64,000 nt of DNA, taken from assembly GCF_009914755.1 (NCBI RefSeq), contig NC_060932.1. One strand, written 5' to 3'. The notes under the pieces are model-generated. The model was not told the origin of the DNA. It was given only the letters and a program-made list of their open reading frames with translations, and made no database searches. The position numbers were made by a program, and so were the translations under genes. Positions 55,622 through 64,000 of this stretch are shown in pieces. The number at the start of each line of letters is the position of its first letter. The stretch's first letter is position 1. Origin of the DNA: the human T2T-CHM13v2.0 reference genome, Homo sapiens.

Positions 55622-58423
55622 GGTTTGCTGCACCTATTAACCCATCCTGTAAGTTTCCTCCCCCCACTCCCTAACTCGCAACAGGCCCTGGTGTGTGTTG
55701 TTCCCCTCTCTGTGTCATTGTGTTCTCATTGTTCATCTCCCACTTATGAGTGAGAACATGTGGTGTTGGGTTTTCTGTTTCTGTGTTAGTTTGCTGAGGA
55801 TAATGGCTTCCAGCTTCATCCATGTCCCTGAAAAGGACATGATCTCTTTGCTTTTTATAGCTGCATAGTATTCCATGGTGTATATGTACCACATTTTCTT
55901 TATCCAGTCTATCATTGATGGGCATTTGTGTTGGTTCCATCTCTTTGCTATTGTGAATAGTGCTGCAATAAACATACATACGCATGTGTCTTTGCAGTAG
56001 AATGATTTATAATTCTTTGGGAATATACCCAGTAATGGGATTGCTGGGGCAAATGGTATTTCTAGTTCTGGAACCTTGAGGAATTGTCATACTGTCTTCC
56101 ACAATGTTTGAACTAATGTACATTCCCACCAACAGTGTAAAAGCCTTCCTGTTTCTCTGCAGCCTCAGCAGTATCTCTTGTTTCTTGACTTTTTAATAAT
56201 TGCCATTCTGACTGGCATGAGATGGTATCTCATTGTGGTTTTGATTTGCATTTCTGTGATGATCAGTGATGTTGAGCTTTTTTTCATGTTTGTTGGCTGT
56301 GTAAATGTCTTCTTTTGAGAAATGTCTGTTCATATCTTTTGCCCACTTTTCGATGTTTTTTTTTTCCTGTAAATAGTTTAAGTTCCTTGTAAATTCTGGA
56401 TGTTAGATCTTTGTCAGATGGGTAGATTGCAAAAATTTTCTCCCATTCTGTAGGTTGCCTGTTCATTTCGATGATAGTTTCTTTTGCTCTGCACAAGCTC
56501 TTTAGTTTAATTAGATCCCATTTGCCAATTTTGGCTTTTATTGCCACTGCTTTTGGCATTTTTCAATGAAGTCTTTGCCCTTGCCTATGTCCTGAATGGT
56601 GTTGCCTAGGTTTTCTTCTAGGATTTTTATCGTTTTGGATTTTAAATTTAAGTCTTTAATCCATCTTGAGTTAATTTTTGTATAAGGTGTAAGGAAGGGG
56701 TCCATTGTCCGTTTTCTGCATATGGCTGGCTAGTTTTCCCACCACCATTTTACTGAATAGGAGATCCTTTCTCCATTACTTGTTTTTGTCAGGTTTGTTG
56801 AAGACCAGATGGTTGTAGATGTGTGGTGTTATTTCTGAGGTCTCTGTTCTGCTCCATTGGTCTATATGTCTGTTTTGGTGTCAGTATCATGCTGTTTTGG
56901 TTACTGTAGCCTTGTAGTATAGTTTGATGTCAGGTAGCATGATGCCACCAGCTTTCTTCTTTTTGCTTAGGATTGTCTTGGCTATATGGGGTCTTCTTTG
57001 ATTTCATATGAAATTTAAAATAGTTTTTTCAAATTCTGTGAAGAATGTCAGTGGTAGTTTGGGAATAGCATTGAATCCATAAATTGCTGGCAGTACGGCC
57101 ATTTTCACAGTATTGATTCTTCCTATCCATGAGGATGGAATGTTTTTCTATTTCTTTGTGTTCTCTCATTTCCTTGAGCAGTGGTTTAAGTACTTCTCCT
57201 TGAAGAGGTCCTTCACATCCCTTGTTAGCTGTATTCCTAGGTATTTTATTTTCTTTGTAGTGATTGTGAATGGGAGTTCACTCATGATTTGGCTCTTTGT
57301 CTATTGTTGGTACAAAGGAAGGCTTGTGATTTTTGCACATTGATTTTGTATCCTGAGACTTTGCTGAAGTTGGTTATCAGTTCAATAAGTTTTTGGGCTG
57401 AGGTGATGAAGTTTTATAAATATAAAATCATGTAATCTGCAAACAGAGATAACTTGACTTCCTCTCTTCCTACTTGAATACCCTTTATTTCTTTCTCTTG
57501 CCTGATTGCCCTGGACAGAACTTCTAATACTATTTGAATAAGAGTGATGAGACAGGGCCTCCTCGTCTTGTGCTGGTTTTCAGATGGAATGCTTCCAGCT
57601 TTTGCTCATTCAATATGATATTGGCTGTGGGTTTGTCGTAAATAGCTCATTATTTTGAGATATGTTCCTTCAATACCTAGTTTATTGAGAGTGTTTAACA
57701 ATCAATGTTCATCAGGAATATTGGCCTGAAGTTTTCTTTTATTGTTGTGTCTCTTCCTGGTTTTGGTATCAGAATGATGCTGGCTTAATAAAATCAGTTA
57801 GGGAGGAGTCCCTCCTTTTCAATTGTTTGGAATAGTTTCAGAAGGAATGGTACCAGTGCCTGTTTGTATTTCTGGTAGAATTCAGCTGTGAATCCGTCTG
57901 GTCCTGGGCTTTTTTTGGTTGATAGGCTATTAATTACTGCCTCAATTTCAGAGCTGTTATTGTTCCATTCAGGGATTCAATTTCTCCCTGGTTTAGTCTT
58001 GGTAGGGTATATGCATCCAGGAATTTATCCAGTTATTTTAGATTTTCTAGTTTATTTGCATAGAGGTGTTTATAGTATTCTCTGATGGTAGTTTGTATTT
58101 CTTTGAGGTCATTTTTTATTGTGTCTTTGATTCTTCTCTCTCTTTTTCTTTATTAGTCTAGCTAGCAGTCTATTTTGTTAATTTTTTTCAAAAAACAGCT
58201 CCTGGATTTGTTGATTTTTTTCGGACCATTTTTCATCTATCTCCTTAAATTCTTCTCCGATGTTAGTTATTTCTTGTCTTCTGCTAGCTTTTGGATTAGT
58301 TTGCTCTTGCCTCTATAGCTCTTATAATTGCACTGTTGGGGTGTCTATCTGACATCTTTCTAACTTTCTGATGTGGGCATTTAGTGCTATAAATGTCCCT
58401 CTTAACACTGCTTTAGCTGTGTC

Positions 58424-59291
58424 TCAGAGATTCTGATACGTTGTCTCTTTGTTCTCATTAGTTTCAAAGAACTTCTTGATTTCTGCCTTAATTTCATTAT
58501 TTACCCAGGAGTCATTCAGGAGCAGGTTGTTCAATTTCCATGAGATTGTGTGGTTTTGAGTGAGTTTCTTAATCCCAAGTTCTAATTTGATTGCACTGTG
58601 GTCTGGAGAGACTGTTATGATTTCAGTTCTTTTGCATTTGCTGAGGAGTGTTTTACTTCCAATTACGTGGCTGATTTCATAATAGTTGCCATGTGGCACT
58701 GAGAAGAATGTATATTCTGTTGATTGGGGGTAGAGAGTTCTGTAGATGTCTACTAGTTCCATTTGATCTAGAGCTGAGTTCAAGTCCTGAATATCCTTGA
58801 GAACTTTCTGTCTTGTTGATCTGTCTAACACTGACAGTGGGGTGCTAAAGTTTCCCACTATTGTTGTGTGGGAGTCTAAGTCTCCTTGTAGGTCTCTAAG
58901 AACTTGTTTTGTGAATCTGGATACTCCTTTATTGGGTGCGTATATATTCAGAATAGTTAACTCTTCTTGTCGAATTGATCCCTTTACCATTATGTAATGC
59001 TCTTCTTTGCCATTTTTGATCTTTGTTGGCTTAAAGTCTGTTTTGTCAGAGATTAGGATTGCAACCCCTGCTTTTTTTTTTTGCTTTCCATTTGCTTGGT
59101 AAATATTCCTCCATCCCTTTATTTTGAGCCTACATGTGTCTTTGCATGTAAGATGGGTCTCCTGAATACAGCACACTGATGGGTCTTGACTCCTTATCCA
59201 ATTTGCCAGTCTGTGTCTGTTAATTGGGGGCATTTAGCCCATTTACATTTAAGGTTAGTATTGTTATGTATGAATTTGATCCTGTCATCAT
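58424..59291 (-). pseudogene. L1 ORF2 endonuclease domain remnant
   Basis: [15 protein letters not shown] and DHSAIKLEL are present. The catalytic GDFN motif reads GNFS, SKIDH reads YEISH, and there is a frameshift just after the start. Confidence 0.9.
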
Positions 59292-60749
59292 GATACTATT
59301 TGGTTATTTTCCACACTAGTTGATGCAGATTCTTCATAGTGTCATTGGTCTTTATATTTTGGTGTGTTTTTGCAGTGGCTGGTACCAGTTTTTCCTTTCC
59401 ATATTTAGTGCTTCTTTCAGGAGCTCTTGCAGGGCAGGCCTGGTGGTAATGAAATCCCTCAGCATTTTCTTGTCTGGAAAGGATTTTATTTCTCCTTCAC
59501 TTATGAAGCTTAGTTTGGCTGGATATGAAATTCTGGATTGAAAATTCCTTTCTTTAAGAATGTTGAATATTGACTCCCAGTCTCTTCTGGCGTGTAGGGT
59601 TTCTGCTGGAGGTCTGCTGTTAGTCTGATGGGCTTCCCTTTGTAGGTGACTTGGCCTTTCTGTCTGGCTGCCCTTAACGTTTTTTTCTTCATTTCAACCT
59701 TGGAGAATCTGATGATTATGTGTCTTGGGGTTGATCTTCTCATGGAGCATCTTAATGGTGTTCTCTGTATTTCCTGAATTCCTAGCATGTTGGCCTGTCT
59801 TGCTAGGTTGCAGAAGTTCTCCTGGATAATATCCTGCAGTGTGTTTTCCAGCTTGTTTCCATTCTTCCTGTCTCCTTCTGGTACTCCAATCAATCGTAGG
59901 TTTAATCTTTTTATGAAGTCCCACATTTCTTGGAGGCTTTGTTCATTCCTTTTCATTCTTTTTTCTCTATTGCCTTATGTAAGGTCTGTATGCCTTATTT
60001 CAGCAACGTGATCTTCAAACTCTGATATCCTCTCTTCCACTTGGTCAATTAAGCTATTGATACTTGTGTATGCTTCATGAAGTTCTCGTGCTGTGTTTTT
60101 CAGCTCTGTCAGGTTATGTTCCTTTATAAATAGTTATTCTAGTTAGCAATTCCTCTAACCTTTTATCAAGGTTCTTAGCTTCTTTGCACTGGGTTAGAAC
60201 ATGCTCCTTTAGCTCATCGTAGTTTTTTGTTACCCATCTTCTGAAGCTTACTTCTGTCAATTTGTCCACCTGATCCTCCATCCAGTTCTGCACCCTGACT
60301 TGTGATCATTTGGAGAAGATAAGACCCTCTGGCCTTTTGGGTTTTCAGCATTTTTTTTCATTGATTCTTTCTCATCTTTGTGAGTTTGTCTAATTTTGGT
60401 CTTTGAGGCTGCTGACCCTTGGATGGGGTTTCTGTGGGGGCCATTTTTGTTGTTGTTTATGCTGTTGTCACTTTCTGCTTTTTTTTTTTTTCAATAATCC
60501 GGTCCCTCTTCTGTTGGGGTGCTGCAGTTTGCTGGGGGTTCACTTCAGGCCCTATTCATCTGACTCACTCCTGTGCCTGGAGATGTCACTCAGGGAGGCT
60601 GGAGAACAGCCAAGATGGGTGCCTGTTCCTTCTTCTGGGACCTCTGACCTTGAGGGGCACCAACCTGTTGCCAGTAGGGTGTCTGTGTACAGGGTGTGTG
60701 ACAACCCCTGTTGGAGGGTCTCACCGAGTTGGGTTGCACGAGGAGCAGG

Positions 60750-61162
60750 TTTCATGCTTGTCCGTGTGAAGAGACCACCAAACAGGTTTTGTGTGAGCAA
60801 TAAAGCTGTTTATTTCATCTGGATGCAGGTGGGCTGAGTCCGAAAAGAGAGTCATTGAAGGGAGATAGGGGTGGGGCCATTTTATAGGATTTGGGTGGAT
60901 AAAGGAAAATTACAGTCAAAGGGGGGTTGTTCTCTGGCGGGCAGACTGGAGGTCACAAGGTGCTCAGTAGGGGAGCTTTTGAGCCAGGATGAGCCAGGAG
61001 AAGGAATTTCACAAGACAATGTCATCAGTTAAGGCAGGAACAGGCCATTTTCACTTCTTTTGTGGTGAAATGTCATCAGTTAAGGCAGGAACCGGCCATG
61101 TGGATGTGTACGTGCAGGTCACAGGGGATATGATGGCTTAGCTTGGGCTCAGAGGCCTGACA
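60750..61162 (-). mobile_element. Solo LTR7 (HERV-H LTR), 413 bp, inserted in the L1 5'UTR
   Basis: The reverse complement runs TGTCAGGCCTCTGAGCCCAAGCTAAGCCATCATATCCCCTGTGACCTGCACGTAC ... CACACGGACAAGCATGAAA. Perfect 5-bp TSD gcagg at 60745-60749 and 61163-61167. Confidence 0.96.
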
Positions 61163-63884
61163 GCAGGCCCCGTTTAATGAAGCACTTTGTCCCTTGGTGG
61201 AGAGGGTGTGTTTCACTGCAGGGAAGCACATGTGTCTGGGCTGCCTGGGTTCCTCAGAACTCCCAGGAGGAGAGGCTAAGTCTGCTGGTCCAGAGACTGT
61301 GGCCACCCTGCAGCTAGGGGCTCAGGCCTAGGGAGTTCTGGGGTCTGTCCCTGAGCTTCTGGCTGGAGTTATTGGAGTTCTTGCAGGGAAGCCACCCACT
61401 GAGGAAGGATGGGTCAGGGTCGAGCCTGAAGAGCACTCTGGACACAGACGGCCACAGGGTGTGTTGCGCTGTGCAGACAAGTCTTGGGACCAAGCCATTC
61501 AGCTTCCCTGGCTCCAGTAGGGGAAGAGCGCAGCCTGGAGCTATAGAAATGGGTGCCGGGGAGTTTAGCATGTTAGGCCATTGTGAGCCCCAGTGCTGGC
61601 TGCTGCCCCTCCCCAGGGAGTTAAAACAGCTTAGACAGCAGGCCGCTGCAGCCAGTGCTGGTCACCCCTCCCCCCAGGAGTTCTGTAGGCTTAAGCAGAT
61701 TCCATCAGAGAGGCTGTAAGAATCTTCACGTTCCGGGGCTGGAACTGTAGGCCCCAGTGGCGTGAGTTTGCAAGTGGGATCTTCTGATCCGTGGGTTGCA
61801 CGGTTTTGTGGGAAAAGCAAAGTTTCCCCCGCTGGGTAGTGTGCTCACTCACCGCCTCCCTTGGCTGGGGGAAGGGACTCCCCTTCCCCGTGTGTTTCTC
61901 GGGTGGCCCCCTCACCACACTGCTCTTCCTCCTCTCTGTGGGTCACGCCAGCCTTCTAGTGAAGTTTGATGAGAGAACCTGGATACCTTGGCTGCCGGTG
62001 AAGGATTCACATGCTTATTTTGTTTTTTTCCGATGGGAGCCTCCAAACGGCTCTGCTTCTAGTCAGCCATCTCGGCCAGAATAATCATCCTTGGGCGTTT
62101 AGTTTCTGATACAGACATTAAGAAAAGCCGTCTAGGATGAGCCATGCACGTGCACGCGCATGGCAGAGCGTGGTTTGCTGCAGGACTTTTCAGAGCGTTT
62201 GTGACCACTTGTCGTTGCAGGCGCCTGGATGAGTGTTTATTCTGTGATTCTTTGACTTCCTTGACCATGGAACGTTTTTTTTCCCCATGGGAATATAGTT
62301 CGGGAATTGCCTCTCCAGCCTGATGGAAGGTTGGGGATGTGCGCTGTCTTCCCTTCTGGTTCTCGTTCTTATTCCTCTGCTCCGCCTTGCCAGGATGGCC
62401 CTTCTCTTCTGGGTCTCGATGGCGCCTCCTCCTCCCTTCCCTCCTCCCCTTCCCTCTGCGGCTGCGTAATTCCTCCTTGCGCTTTCTTGATTCTACCCCA
62501 GGAGCCTCACAGTGGGGACTTGCAGGTTTGCCCTCACCCACCCGGTGCCACCAGCAGAGCCACCTGTCCAGATGCAGATTCAATGTTGTCCTATCACAGA
62601 TCCCCTTGGCAGAGTGTGGCTGGGATCTGCTTCCTGTGTGTCTCCGGCCTCAGCCCCCTGTCCTTTGCAAACCTCCCCTCTGTGCCCAAGCCACCCTGGG
62701 GCGTTTCCCGACCCCCCTAAACTCTAGGGCATGACAACCCTGTTGCATGGGATGTTCTTGGCACCCCAGCTGGGAGATCCTCGCTGTGTGACCTTCCCGC
62801 CCACCCGGCTGTGCCCCTTACTGGCTCCCCCTTGTCCTCACTGCCCCCAGGACCTGGGTCAGTGCTATTGGGTTTGCAGGGCTGTGTCCCTGATTCCCTC
62901 CCCTCATCCCTTCATGGTGGGCAGGGTGTGGCATCCTCTTCTGGCTCCCCCTCCCTTGGGGGGTGCTTTTCAGAGGCTGTGAGGAATTCGGGGTAAATAA
63001 GGCACCCCCCCCCCAGTTGCCAAGGCCAAGGATGTGGGCTTCCAGGCCACAGGTGTGATTGAGGGCATGGCTGAAGGTGAAAGGCGACAAGGACCCGTGT
63101 GGCGACCAGGACCAGGCGTGTGCATGTCAGGAAGGGTATTTTATTTCATCTTAATTTTGAGAAATGCTCAGGATTTCAATAGAAAAGCAGAAGAAAGGCC
63201 AGGGGTGGGGGCTGAGAAACAGCAGAGGCCCAAAAGGTCAGGCTGTGGAGAATGTGAGTGGTACAGCCCTGGTGAGGTGTACACATGGCAGACGAGGGGA
63301 TGCGCTCTCCCTGCGGTCGGAAGCTGTTCTCTTGGGGTTCAGGTGATGCCAGGTGGCACCTTCCCTGCACCCGTGTGTGCGTGGGCAGCTGCTGGGCCAC
63401 AGGATGGGAGCCTCGCCTGGGGAGGGCTGATCGCAGGACTGTTCCATCTCAGAGAGCGTGAGGCCGGCCTCGAGAGCCTCCGGGATTCAGAAGGTGGCTG
63501 GTTCTGGGAGTAGAGGATGGGTTGTGTGGGCAGGAAGATCTAATTTAAATGATAAATAGGACCCTTGAGAAAGAAGAATCCCATGACAAAGAGACAAAGA
63601 GAATTCTAAAAGACACTGTGGAGTGCAAAGCACGCCAGGATCCCAGCCAGCCCAGGACGGGGAGGGCCTGGGAGAGATTCTCACTGCCTGGGGATACAAA
63701 GCCTGCATCCCAGCCAGCCGAGGAGGGGGAGGACCTTGGGAGAGCTTCCACTGCTGCAGGGAAGCCGGGCTAGTGACTGGGGCCGCATCCACAGGTGTCT
63801 GGGGGCTGCGCCACACAGAGCATGGAGGTGATGCTTTCCTGTAACACTGCACGTAAGTGTGCATGAGTCAGTGCCGAGAAAGCC

Positions 63885-64000
63885 CCTTTTGCCCCTTAGG
63901 ATGGCCACTGTCAAAACCGCAGATAATAGCAAGTGTTGGGAGGATGTGGAGGAATTGGGTCCTGGGTGTTGCTGCTGGGAATGGAAGATGGGGCAGATGC
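63885..64000 (+). mobile_element. L1M ORF2-end fragment, cut by the window edge
   Basis: ttaggatggccactgtcaaaa...ataatagcaagtgttgggaggatgtggag...gctgggaatggaagatgg. Confidence 0.7.

Larger units (their letters stand above)
55316..62077 (-). mobile_element. Near full-length, inactive older L1PA (roughly PA8-PA13 age)
   Basis: 5' end ggccgagatggctgactagaagcag on the minus strand, long 5'UTR, ORF1 remnant (59510-59956, TPRHIIIRFSKVEMK), ORF2 remnants and 3'UTR. Candidate 15-bp TSD agaataat(g/c)atcctt at 55301-55315 and 62078-62092. Confidence 0.93.

Noticed and set aside
58424-59233. 269-aa endonuclease-like ORF as a functional or domesticated gene
   Set aside because: It is an L1 ORF2 remnant with a frameshifted start and substituted catalytic aspartates. 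The rest of ORF2 is disrupted, including a deletion near 57700.

Overview
Primate (probably human) non-coding genomic DNA. No protein-coding exon can be identified with confidence. The long ORFs in the track come from minisatellites, Alus or dead L1 ORF1/ORF2 remnants. A large part of the window is interspersed repeat: MER11 (HML-8) LTR, ten Alus and a FAM, L1PA/L1MA/MB/MC/ME, L2, MIR, MaLR LTRs and Tigger/MER2 DNA transposons. Ten of the eleven Alu-family elements and most L1 sequence lie on the minus strand, which suggests a large intron of a plus-strand transcript. The density of GC-rich minisatellites suggests a subtelomeric, high-recombination band. Main observations: (1) most minisatellites were born inside old LINE copies and several became CpG-rich, with an in-window control for the 32-bp array; (2) a near full-length L1PA has an apparent ~50-nt 3' transduction and a same-sense solo LTR7 (HERV-H) in its 5'UTR; (3) an Alu and an L1 share one target site; (4) an L1MA has a twin-priming-type inversion; (5) there are a few candidate plus-strand micro-exons or cryptic exons. 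I found no new protein-coding system. Repeat subfamily names come from recalled consensus sequences and need RepeatMasker/Dfam confirmation.
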